In this document: piece after piece, positions 10,402-18,264 of the stretch | How the letters are laid out: the number at the start of each line of letters is the position of its first letter | Numbering within the stretch: position 1 is the stretch's first letter | Origin: Solirubrobacterales bacterium | GTDB taxonomy: Bacteria > Actinomycetota > Thermoleophilia > Solirubrobacterales > 70-9 | Assembly: GCA_035549645.1 (NCBI GenBank) | Contig: DASZQM010000209.1 | Location: 1-49,864 of the forward strand | DNA: 49,864 nt | Direction of reading: 5' to 3' | Program-made: the position numbers and the translations under genes | The notes under the pieces: generated by a model | The model's database searches: none | What the model was told of the DNA's origin: nothing | Seen by the model: the letters and a program-made list of their open reading frames with translations, nothing else

Positions 10402-10441
10402 CGGGTATTGACCGATGGCAACCCGGGTATTGACTGACGGC
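10402..10441. promoter_or_regulatory. Tandem 18-nt direct repeat (CGGGTATTGACYGAYGGC x2, 22-nt period) in a divergent promoter region
   Basis: Read directly: 10402-10419 and 10424-10441 match at 16 of 18 positions. Each copy contains a TTGAC (-35-like) core. The site lies between the divergent GT4 operon and the epimerase operon. Confidence 0.3.
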
Positions 10442-10496
10442 TACCGTCGCGGAACGTTTTGCCGGTGAATCGCGCGATATCACGGAAGGTTGGGGC

Positions 10497-11465
10497 TTGA
10501 AGTACCTGATAACTGGAGGCGCCGGCTTCATCGGCTCACACCTCGCCGACGCCCTGATCGCCCGTGGCGACACGGTTCTCGTGCTCGATGACCTCAGTAC
10601 GGGTCAGCGCCAGAACCTCGAGCCGGCACTCGGCACCGGAGCGGCTGAGCTGGTCGAAGGGTCGATCCTCGACCAGTCTCTGGTCGAGGACTGCGTCGCC
10701 GCCACCGACGCCTGTCTGCACCTCGCCGCCGCCGTCGGGGTCGAACTAATCCTCGAACATCCGTTGGAGTCGTTGCTCTGCAACGTGCGCGGTAGCGACA
10801 TCGTCATCTCCGCGGCGGCGGCCCGCGGCGGCAGGGTGCTCGTCACCTCCTCGTCGGAGGTCTACGGCAAGAACAGCGTCGGCCCGCTGGCGGAGACCTC
10901 CGATCGCATCCTCGGCCCGCCCTCTACAGCCCGCTGGGCCTACTCGACAGCGAAGGCCTTTTCCGAGGTGCTGGCCAACGCGTATGGCTACGAGGGAGAG
11001 GCCAAGTCGACCGTCGTCCGCCTCTTCAACACGGTGGGGCCGCGCCAGAGTGGCTCCTACGGCATGGTCCTGCCCCGCCTCGTCCAGCAGGCCCTCGCCG
11101 GAGAGCCCCTGACGGTCTACGGCGACGGCACCCAGACCAGGTGCTTCGCCCACGTCAGCGACGTCGTCGACGCGGTCCTGCTGCTGCTCGACAGCGAGGA
11201 CGCGGTGGGGCGGACCTTCAACATCGGTTCGCCGAACGAGATCTCGATCAACGAGCTGGCCGCCCGAGTGATCGAGCGCACCGGCTCGAGCTCGGAGGTC
11301 AGCCTGATCCCTTACGAGGAGGCCTATGGCAACGGCTTCGAGGAGATCGGCCGCCGCCACCCGGATCTCGGTTTGATCCATGGCATCACCGGCTGGTCCC
11401 CGGTTCGCTCCATCGACGACATGATCGACGACGTCATCGCCGACCAGCCCACCCACGTTGCTTGA
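10497..11465 (+). CDS. NAD-dependent epimerase/dehydratase (UDP-glucuronate decarboxylase / 4,6-dehydratase-like)
   Basis: ITGGAGFIGSHL Rossmann motif and YSTAK catalytic motif. TTG start. Confidence 0.85.
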   Translation: MKYLITGGAGFIGSHLADALIARGDTVLVLDDLSTGQRQNLEPALGTGAAELVEGSILDQSLVEDCVAATDACLHLAAAVGVELILEHPLESLLCNVRGSDIVISAAAARGGRVLVTSSSEVYGKNSVGPLAETSDRILGPPSTARWAYSTAKAFSEVLANAYGYEGEAKSTVVRLFNTVGPRQSGSYGMVLPRLVQQALAGEPLTVYGDGTQTRCFAHVSDVVDAVLLLLDSEDAVGRTFNIGSPNEISINELAARVIERTGSSSEVSLIPYEEAYGNGFEEIGRRHPDLGLIHGITGWSPVRSIDDMIDDVIADQPTHVA

Positions 11466-12483
11466 GCTGACCGACGGCATCGAAGTCACCCTCGCCTTCC
11501 TGCTGGCGGCTGCGCTGACCGCGGCGACGGTACCGGCCGCAATCGTCCTGGCCGGCCGTACCGGCTTCCTCGATTCCCCGGTCGGCTATAAGGCGCACCG
11601 CAGCCCGACTCCTTACCTCGGCGGCGCTGCCGTCCTCGTCGCCGCCGCGGTGCCGATCCTCCTCTTCACCGATTTGGGCCGCTACTGGCCGCTGCTGCTC
11701 GGCACCGTCGGCCTCTCGGCGGTCGGCACGGTCGACGACCGCTTCAACCTCTCGCCCTATCTGCGCGTGGCAACCGAGATCCTCGCCGCTTGGCTGCTTT
11801 GGGCCCAGGGGCTCGGCTGGTCCTTCCTCGATAGCGACCTGGCGGACTTCCTGCTCACCGCCTTCTGGGTTACCGGCATCGTCAACGCCTTCAACCTGAT
11901 GGACAACCTCGACGGAGCCGCCGCCACCGTCGCCGCGGTCTGCTCGGCGGCCATCGTCGCCCTGGCCCTGATCGGGCACGAGACGGCCCTGGCGATCATC
12001 GCGATCGCCCTCTGCGGGGCGCTGCTCGGTTTTCTGCGCTTCAACCTGGCACGGCCCGCGCGGATCTTCCTCGGCGACGGCGGCAGCATGGCGATCGGCT
12101 TCCTCCTGGCGGGTTGTCTGATGGTGGTGCCGATGGGGGGGCTTTCAGGATGGGCATCGCCCGCCGTCGCCGCGGTCGTGGTGGGCCTGCCGGCGTTCGA
12201 CACCTCGATGGTGGTCCTCTCGCGCCGCCGCCGCGCCGCGCCGGTCTTCTCCGGCGCCACCGACCACACGACCCACCGCCTGCTTGCCTCGCTGAAGACG
12301 CCGCGCGCGGTTGCCTGCGCCCTGGCGGCGATACAGGCGGCGCTCTGCGGCCTCGCGATCGAGGCGACCAGGCTGGGGAACGACGCCGCCCTCGTACTCG
12401 CCTGCTTCGTGATTCTTCTCGGCATGGGAATGATCGTCGCCGTCGACGGCCCGAGATGGTCTCCGGTCTCCGACGATCCTTGA
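11458..12483 (+). CDS. wecA: Polyprenyl-phosphate N-acetylhexosamine-1-phosphate transferase (WecA/MraY family)
   Basis: Polytopic membrane protein with the VNAFNLMDNLDG signature (NxxNxxDGxDG) and an FLGDGGS motif. Overlaps the upstream epimerase stop. Confidence 0.8.
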   Translation: MLELTDGIEVTLAFLLAAALTAATVPAAIVLAGRTGFLDSPVGYKAHRSPTPYLGGAAVLVAAAVPILLFTDLGRYWPLLLGTVGLSAVGTVDDRFNLSPYLRVATEILAAWLLWAQGLGWSFLDSDLADFLLTAFWVTGIVNAFNLMDNLDGAAATVAAVCSAAIVALALIGHETALAIIAIALCGALLGFLRFNLARPARIFLGDGGSMAIGFLLAGCLMVVPMGGLSGWASPAVAAVVVGLPAFDTSMVVLSRRRRAAPVFSGATDHTTHRLLASLKTPRAVACALAAIQAALCGLAIEATRLGNDAALVLACFVILLGMGMIVAVDGPRWSPVSDDP

Positions 12484-12524
12484 GTCGTCCCCGGAAGGGC
12501 GAGCGCGCCATCGGCAGTCTGCCG

Positions 12525-14486
12525 ATGGCTGTGCGCTGGCCGCTGCTGGGGATTCTCGGACTGGGCTGCGGCCTCAGCCCGGCCTTCTTCGGCTACTTCG
12601 ACATGTCCATCTGGGGACCGCTGGCGCTGTTCCTGGTGGCCCCCGCGCTCGGCTTGATCTTCGCCCGCCTGGCCGTTCCCAAGGGTCTCGCCGGGCTGGC
12701 GCTCGCGGCCCTGCTCCTGTTTGCGACGTGGGCGCTGCTCTCGGTTGGCTGGGCGGAGTCCGCCGACCGGGCGCTGAGCGAAGGCGACCGCTGGCTCCTC
12801 TACGGCACCTTCCTGCTCGTGCTGCTGCTCCTGCTCGAGGAAAGGCGCGACGGGGAAGTGTTCCTCGCCGCCGTAACCGCGGGCGTACTCGGGATCGCCG
12901 CCTACGACGTCGTGCGAATGCTGGGCACCGAGGGCCCGTCGCTTTTCGAAGGCTCGCGGCTGCTTGAACCGCTCGGTTACGTAAATGGCCTCGGCGGATT
13001 CTTTTTGCTCGGCCTCTGGCCGCTCGTCGCCCTCGCCGAGCGGACCAGGATGCACGCCCTGGCGGGCGCGGCCGTCGGCGCCGCGAGCCTGCTGACGATG
13101 CTCGTGCTCCTGACCGACTCGCGGGGGACCGTCTTCGCCTTCGCCGCCTCGGCCTTTCTGCTGCTCCTGCTGGTACCCGGTCGCAATCGCCGCGCCTGGA
13201 TCGTGCTCGCGCTGTTGGCGGGCCTGGCCCTGGCTTGGGGGCCGCTGACCGATGTCACCGGAACCCTGCCGCCGCACCACTTCGCCCCTGCCGAGGACGC
13301 GATACGACGGGCCGCAGAGCGGAGCCTGCTCGTCGCGGCTGTGGTGGGAGCCCTCTGGGGCCTGTCCAGTTGGGTGGTGGCCACGCTGCGCGATCGCTCT
13401 CGGGCTCTGGCCACCAACCTCCCGCGCATCTCGGCGGCGGCGCTGGCGGCGGTGGCCGCGATCGCGGTGGTCGCCGCCGTGATCGCAGTCAACGATCCGG
13501 TCGGCAAGGTCTCCGACCAGTACAACAGCTTCACTGAACTGAAACCAGCCGACAGCGGCTCGCGGTTCACCTCGGGGGGAGGCAACCGCTACGACTACTG
13601 GCGGATCGCCTGGAACCAGTTCACCGATCACCCCCTCGACGGGATCGGGGCCGGCAACTTCGACCGCACCTATTACCTCGAACGTCGCACCAATGAGGAC
13701 GTCCACCAGGCGCACAGCATCGAGCTGCAGACCCTCGGCGACACCGGCCTGATCGGCGCGATTCTGCTGGGGACGTTTCTGATCGCCGTTTTCGTCGGCG
13801 CTTGGCGCCGCAGCCGCGAGGCTCGCGACGAGCCGCGAGTGGCGGGACTGACGGTTGCCGCCTTCGGCATCTTCCTCGTCTGGCTCGCCCAGACCAGCGT
13901 CGACTGGCTGCACCTGATCCCCGGATTGACGGGTATCGCGCTCGGGGGTGCGGCCGTGCTTCTGCTGCCGCAGCGGTCCGGGCAGGACAGCGCGACTCGC
14001 CTGTTCCCGATCCCCGCCGCGGCCGCGGCCATTGCCCTGGTGCCGGCGGTGTTGGCGATCGTCTTCATCGGCCGGCCCACCTTGGCGGAGCACCTGCGAA
14101 GCGAGGCCCAGGACGAGGTTCAGGCGCGTCCACTGAAGGCTCTCGATACGGCCGAGGAATCGCTCTCGTTGAATCCGGATGCCGTGCAGACCTATTACAT
14201 CGAGTCCGCCGCCTTGGCCCGGCTGGATGCCTACGCGCCCGCCCGGGCGGCGATGCTCGAGGCAATTCAGCGTGAGCCGCACAACTACGTCAGTTGGGCC
14301 CTGCTCGGCGATCTCGCCACCCGCCGCGGAGACGTCGCCGCGGCACGGCGGGCATACAGCCGAGCGTCGGCCCTCAACCCCCGCAGCGCCGAACTCCGCC
14401 AACTCGGCTCGCGCCCAGGCCTGATTCGACAGCTGCACCGCAATCCAGACTCGGTTACACCGTTGGAAGCAACGCCACCGAGCTGA
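12525..14486 (+). CDS. O-antigen ligase/Wzy-like membrane protein with a C-terminal TPR domain
   Basis: Has the LLTDSRGT motif and NRYDYWRIAWNQFTDHPLDGIGAGNF, which is typical of O-antigen ligase. The C-terminal region is TPR-like (VSWALLGDLATRRGDVAAARRAYSRASALNP). The ATG at 12525 was chosen because the ORF-track start at 12114 lies inside wecA. An alternative ATG exists at 12456. Confidence 0.7.
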   Translation: MAVRWPLLGILGLGCGLSPAFFGYFDMSIWGPLALFLVAPALGLIFARLAVPKGLAGLALAALLLFATWALLSVGWAESADRALSEGDRWLLYGTFLLVLLLLLEERRDGEVFLAAVTAGVLGIAAYDVVRMLGTEGPSLFEGSRLLEPLGYVNGLGGFFLLGLWPLVALAERTRMHALAGAAVGAASLLTMLVLLTDSRGTVFAFAASAFLLLLLVPGRNRRAWIVLALLAGLALAWGPLTDVTGTLPPHHFAPAEDAIRRAAERSLLVAAVVGALWGLSSWVVATLRDRSRALATNLPRISAAALAAVAAIAVVAAVIAVNDPVGKVSDQYNSFTELKPADSGSRFTSGGGNRYDYWRIAWNQFTDHPLDGIGAGNFDRTYYLERRTNEDVHQAHSIELQTLGDTGLIGAILLGTFLIAVFVGAWRRSREARDEPRVAGLTVAAFGIFLVWLAQTSVDWLHLIPGLTGIALGGAAVLLLPQRSGQDSATRLFPIPAAAAAIALVPAVLAIVFIGRPTLAEHLRSEAQDEVQARPLKALDTAEESLSLNPDAVQTYYIESAALARLDAYAPARAAMLEAIQREPHNYVSWALLGDLATRRGDVAAARRAYSRASALNPRSAELRQLGSRPGLIRQLHRNPDSVTPLEATPPS

Positions 14487-14518
14487 GTCACTCCGTCGAC
14501 GCGCGACAGAATGGACCG

Positions 14519-14944
14519 ATGTGGGTTCAACGCCCGATCGGATTGCAGTCGCGACCGCGCGGCTTTCACCTCGTCACCGGGGAGGTGCTCGATGCCCTCC
14601 CCGAGTTGGGAGATATCTCAGTCGGGATCCTGCACCTGCTGATCCAGCACACCTCGGCCTCCCTGGCCTTGAGCGAGAACGCCTCGCCGGAGGTGCGGCG
14701 GGACTTCGAGGCCTGGTTCGACCGGGCGGTGCCCGAAGGAGCTCCCTATTGGACGCACACGCTGGAGGGCGACGACGACATGCCCGCCCACATCAAGGCG
14801 GCGCTGCTCGGTCCCTCGCTGACCCTGCCACTTCGTGACGGCCGTCCAGCTCTGGGGACGTGGCAGGGCATCTACCTCTGCGAGCACCGCGATCACGGCG
14901 GGCCGCGCTCGCTGGTCGCGACCGCCTGGGGCGAGCCGGCCTAG
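14519..14944 (+). CDS. yjbQ: YjbQ/UPF0047 family protein (secondary thiamine-phosphate synthase-like)
   Basis: The sequence GFHLVTGEV...GILHLLIQHTSASLALSENASPEVRRD...DMPAHIKAALLG...GTWQGIYLCEHR matches the conserved UPF0047 pattern. The internal ATG at 14519 was taken as the start. Confidence 0.75.
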   Translation: MWVQRPIGLQSRPRGFHLVTGEVLDALPELGDISVGILHLLIQHTSASLALSENASPEVRRDFEAWFDRAVPEGAPYWTHTLEGDDDMPAHIKAALLGPSLTLPLRDGRPALGTWQGIYLCEHRDHGGPRSLVATAWGEPA

Positions 14945-15582
14945 GCGCGGTTTCGCCGGCTCCAGGCGCGCTCGAGCTGTCGCAGCAGCGCCGGGTAGAC
15001 GATCCAGTAGCGGAAGGGCTTGATCAGGGCCATGTAGCCGCGGCCGAAGGCGCCGCGGGGCTTGACGTAGACGGCCATCTGCCCTTGGTAGCTGCCGCCG
15101 CCCCGGTCGACCCAGGCGAGGTGGGCGACGCCGTGGACCGTCTGATTCGAGATCTCGGCCGCTGCCTCGTTGTCCGTGCGGTAGAGCGGGGTGAAGGGGA
15201 GCCGACCGAAGTCGACGTCGTCTCCGGTCCCGCGCAAATCGTCCGGCAGGCGCCCGAGCAGCGAGGACTCCTCGCTGCCGGGCATGGCGAGCGTCTCTGC
15301 CGAGCTCTCCTCGGCTGCCGCAGAGATCCTGCCCAGGCCGAACCACCTGCCGAGCTGGTCGCGCAGGTTCCAGAGGAAGCGGGTGGGTGCCGAGTCGGAG
15401 TCGGCGGGGCTGAGCGAGATCGCGAGCTGGAGGAACTCGTCGAAGTCGCCGGCGCCTCCCTGGACGGGAAGGGCCCAGACGTCCTCGAGCTCGAAGTCGG
15501 GGACGATCTCGTGGATTCGCCAGGCCCCGAGTTCCTGCTCGGCGTTCGGAACGCGCCCGCTCTCCCGCAGTCCATACGTCAC
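14941..15582 (-). CDS. DUF2867-like protein
   Basis: The C-terminal segment VYVKPRGAFGRGYMALIKPFRYWIVYPALLRQLERAW is typical of this family. The start is uncertain (GTG at 15582 chosen). The upstream part of the track ORF is shadow sequence over the TetR gene. Confidence 0.5.
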   Translation of the reverse strand: MTYGLRESGRVPNAEQELGAWRIHEIVPDFELEDVWALPVQGGAGDFDEFLQLAISLSPADSDSAPTRFLWNLRDQLGRWFGLGRISAAAEESSAETLAMPGSEESSLLGRLPDDLRGTGDDVDFGRLPFTPLYRTDNEAAAEISNQTVHGVAHLAWVDRGGGSYQGQMAVYVKPRGAFGRGYMALIKPFRYWIVYPALLRQLERAWSRRNRA

Positions 15583-15617
15583 CGTATGGACGATACGCTC
15601 GCTATCCGCAGCTGTCA

Positions 15618-15631
15618 ATACGGCGCCGTAT
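15618..15631. promoter_or_regulatory. Perfect 14-bp palindrome ATACGGCGCCGTAT, candidate TetR operator
   Basis: Read directly. It lies 12 nt upstream of the TetR start at 15643, in the divergent intergenic region. Confidence 0.35.
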
Positions 15632-15642
15632 AGATTGGACCA

Positions 15643-16200
15643 ATGGCGAAGGTACGAACCCCGCGCAGCGCCTGGATCGAGGCGGCGATGGGCGCTCTCG
15701 CGGCGGGCGGCCCGGAGGCGGTCCGGGTCGAGGCTCTGGCCAAGCAGCTCGGCGTCTCCAAGGGCGGCTTCTACTGGCACTTCAAGGATCGCGAAGCGCT
15801 GCTCGCCGAGACCTTCGACGCCTGGGAACGGGCCGTGATCGACGACGTCATCGTCACCGTCGAAGGAGCCGCCGAGGACCCTCGGGCAAGGTTGCGCCGC
15901 CTCTTCGCGATGGCCTCCGGGGCAAAGGAGCTCTTCGCCGTCGAGCTGGCCCTGCGCGACTGGTCGCGCCGCGACCGGGCGATCGCGAAGCGCCTGCGGC
16001 GGGTAGACGATCGCCGCATGGATTTCCTGCGCTCGCTCTTCGGCCAGTTCTGCGGCGAGGAGGACGCCGAGGCCCGGGCGATGCTCGCCTACACGCTCTT
16101 CATCGGCAGCTACTTCGTCGCCGGCGGTCACGGCAAGCGACGACGTGCCGAGGTCGTCAAGCTCGCGCTCGACCGCCTTCTCGCCGAGCGCTGGGAGTGA
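15643..16200 (+). CDS. TetR family transcriptional regulator
   Basis: N-terminal HTH (VRVEALAKQLGVSKGGFYWHFKDREALL). Confidence 0.85.
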   Translation: MAKVRTPRSAWIEAAMGALAAGGPEAVRVEALAKQLGVSKGGFYWHFKDREALLAETFDAWERAVIDDVIVTVEGAAEDPRARLRRLFAMASGAKELFAVELALRDWSRRDRAIAKRLRRVDDRRMDFLRSLFGQFCGEEDAEARAMLAYTLFIGSYFVAGGHGKRRRAEVVKLALDRLLAERWE

Positions 16201-16201
16201 G

Positions 16202-16570
16202 ATGTCCCGCCCCGCGGTTCTCCTCTATGACGGCGACTGCTCCTTCTGCACGAGCTGCGCGCGGCTGATCGAACGGCGGATCAGGCCGGAGGCGGTAATC
16301 GTCCCCTCTCAGCTCGCCGACCTCGACGAGCTGGGGGTGACGGAGGAGCAGGCAAGCGAAGCCCTGCAGTGGGTCGGGCCCGACGGAACCGTCCGCTCAG
16401 GCCACGAGGCGGTGGCCGAGATGCTTGGCACCGCCGGCCCGGCCTGGCGCCTGTTCGCCCGCCTCCTGCTCCTGCCCGGAGCCTCCAGGCTGGCGGCGGC
16501 GGCCTACGCGCTGGTCGCGGCCAACCGCCGCCATCTACCGGGCGGCACGCCCGCCTGCGGGCGCCAGTAG
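16202..16570 (+). CDS. Thiol-disulfide oxidoreductase DCC family (DUF393)
   Basis: LLYDGDCSFCTSCARLI is the hallmark DCxxC motif. The ATG at 16202 overlaps the TetR stop (TGAGATG). Confidence 0.75.
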   Translation: MSRPAVLLYDGDCSFCTSCARLIERRIRPEAVIVPSQLADLDELGVTEEQASEALQWVGPDGTVRSGHEAVAEMLGTAGPAWRLFARLLLLPGASRLAAAAYALVAANRRHLPGGTPACGRQ

Positions 16571-16581
16571 ATCGGCGAGGG

Positions 16582-16944
16582 CTACTCGAAGTCCTCCGCC
16601 TCGGAGATCTCGCGCAGTTCGATCTCGCCGGGCTCGTCGTGCGGGTTGGGGCAGCGCTTCATCCACTCGACCGCGTCCTGGAGCGAGTCCACCTGCAGGA
16701 TCCAGAAGCCGGCGATCAGCTCCTTGGTCTCGGCGAAGGGCCCGTCGGTGACCGTCCGCTCGCCGTCGCCCCCGTAGCTGACCCGGGCGCCCTTCGAGCT
16801 CGCCCGCAGGCCGTCGCCGGAGAGCATCACGCCCGCCTCGGCCATTTCTTCGTTGAACTTGCCCATCTCGGCCAGCAGCTCCTGGCTTGGCATCGCGCCC
16901 GCCTCGGAGTCCTTGCTTGCCTTGACGATCGCCATCACTCTCAT
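16582..16944 (-). CDS. YciI-like (YCII-related, DGPF) domain protein
   Basis: VTDGPFAETKELIAGFWILQVDSLQDAVEWMKRCP matches the DGPF-type YCII-related domain. Confidence 0.75.
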   Translation of the reverse strand: MRVMAIVKASKDSEAGAMPSQELLAEMGKFNEEMAEAGVMLSGDGLRASSKGARVSYGGDGERTVTDGPFAETKELIAGFWILQVDSLQDAVEWMKRCPNPHDEPGEIELREISEAEDFE

Positions 16945-17070
16945 TTCAGGGGGTCCTTTCGGTGTCGTGTGCGCGAGAGCTCGCTACCCGCTTGCTCCCG
17001 CCTCTACTACCACGACGAACGGGCGCCGCTGAGATCGACACCGTCCCGGAATTTCTTCGAGGAGCCTTCC

Positions 17071-17664
17071 TCAAGGAGCGGAGCCGCTGACGACGCCGGT
17101 CATCAGCGCCGCCGCCGCGGCATCGTCGAGCCCCTCGCGATCCAGCCGTTGCCAGGTCCAGAAGTCGAGCGCGAGGGCGACGAGCGCTCGCGCCTCGGGG
17201 CCGTCGAAGCCGGCGGAGAAGAGCGAGGACAGCTCGGCCAGCATGGGGTCGGTCGAGCGCGCCATCCAGGCCTCGAGCTCGGGCACCGTCGGCCTTTCGC
17301 CGAAGACCCGCCGCTGCATCGGGGCGTTTTCGCGGTACCAGCCGTAGAGCGCTGTCAGTCCGGTCCGCAGGCGCTCCTGTGGATCCTCGATGGCGAGGGT
17401 CGGCTCCAGGTCGGGCAGCGGGTGTTGCTCCATCCAGTGCGCGCTGCAGGCGGGCAGGAGGGCCTCGAGGTCGGGGAAGTGGTTGTAGACGGTCAGCCGC
17501 TGGACGCCGGCGCGGCGGGCGATGTCGGCGACCGTCGTCTTCGCCACGCCCACCTCTTCGTGCAGGGACGAGGCCGCGGCGGCGATTCGTTCGCGGGTCT
17601 CCTGCTGCGCCTCGGCGCGAGCCTTCAACTCGTATTTCCGCTTTTCAGTTGACACGGCGTTCAA
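17071..17664 (-). CDS. TetR family transcriptional regulator
   Basis: HTH TTVADIARRAGVQRLTVYNHFPD. Divergent from the cupin gene. Confidence 0.8.
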   Translation of the reverse strand: MNAVSTEKRKYELKARAEAQQETRERIAAAASSLHEEVGVAKTTVADIARRAGVQRLTVYNHFPDLEALLPACSAHWMEQHPLPDLEPTLAIEDPQERLRTGLTALYGWYRENAPMQRRVFGERPTVPELEAWMARSTDPMLAELSSLFSAGFDGPEARALVALALDFWTWQRLDREGLDDAAAAALMTGVVSGSAP

Positions 17665-17715
17665 TGATGTTACATTGCGCCGATCGCTAAACGCCTAGTT
17701 CATCGAAAGGACAGC

Positions 17716-18219
17716 ATGGAAACGCCCACCGCTCCCAAGATCGTCAAGCCGAGCGAAGGCAAGGCCGGCAGCCTCGGCTCGATCGGGGTCCGCTTCATGA
17801 TCGACACCGAGGAGACCCATGACGGCGGCTTCTCCCTGGTCGAACACCCGATGCCGCCGCGGGCCCTGGCCGCGCCCCTGCACCGCCACAGCCGCGAGGA
17901 CGAGTACTCCTACGTGTTGACCGGCAAGATGGGCGCCCTGCTCGGTGACGACGTCGTCTACGCCGAAACCGGCGACCTCGTCCACAAGCCGCGCGACCAA
18001 TGGCACACCTTCTGGAACGCCGGCGACGAGCCCTGCCGGATCCTCGAGATCCTCTCCCCGGGCGGCTTCGAGAACTACTTCGACGCCCTGGTCGACGCCA
18101 TCGCGGCCGGCACGATGGAGCCCGAGAAGCTGGGGGAGCTCGAAGAGCGCTACGGCATCGAGCACGACCTCGAGTCGATCCCGGGCCTCTGCGAGCGCTT
18201 CGGCCTGACCTTCGGCTAA
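17716..18219 (+). CDS. Cupin domain protein
   Basis: PLHRHSREDEYSYVLTG ... HTFWN matches the cupin motifs G(x)5HxH...E and PxxxxH. Confidence 0.7.
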   Translation: METPTAPKIVKPSEGKAGSLGSIGVRFMIDTEETHDGGFSLVEHPMPPRALAAPLHRHSREDEYSYVLTGKMGALLGDDVVYAETGDLVHKPRDQWHTFWNAGDEPCRILEILSPGGFENYFDALVDAIAAGTMEPEKLGELEERYGIEHDLESIPGLCERFGLTFG

Positions 18220-18264
18220 GCACTGGAGGGCGGCAGGCGCTCATCTCGACGACCCCTAAGCTGA

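Noticed and set aside
12114-12524. N-terminal 137-aa extension of the O-antigen-ligase/TPR ORF in the track.
   Set aside because: The extension overlaps the wecA coding frame and is Arg/Gly/Pro junk. Membrane-protein character begins only at the ATG at 12525.
17665-17715. Candidate TetR operator between the TetR gene at 17071..17664 and the cupin gene.
   Set aside because: Only short imperfect inverted repeats (CAATG..CATTG) were visible. That is too weak to call as a feature.
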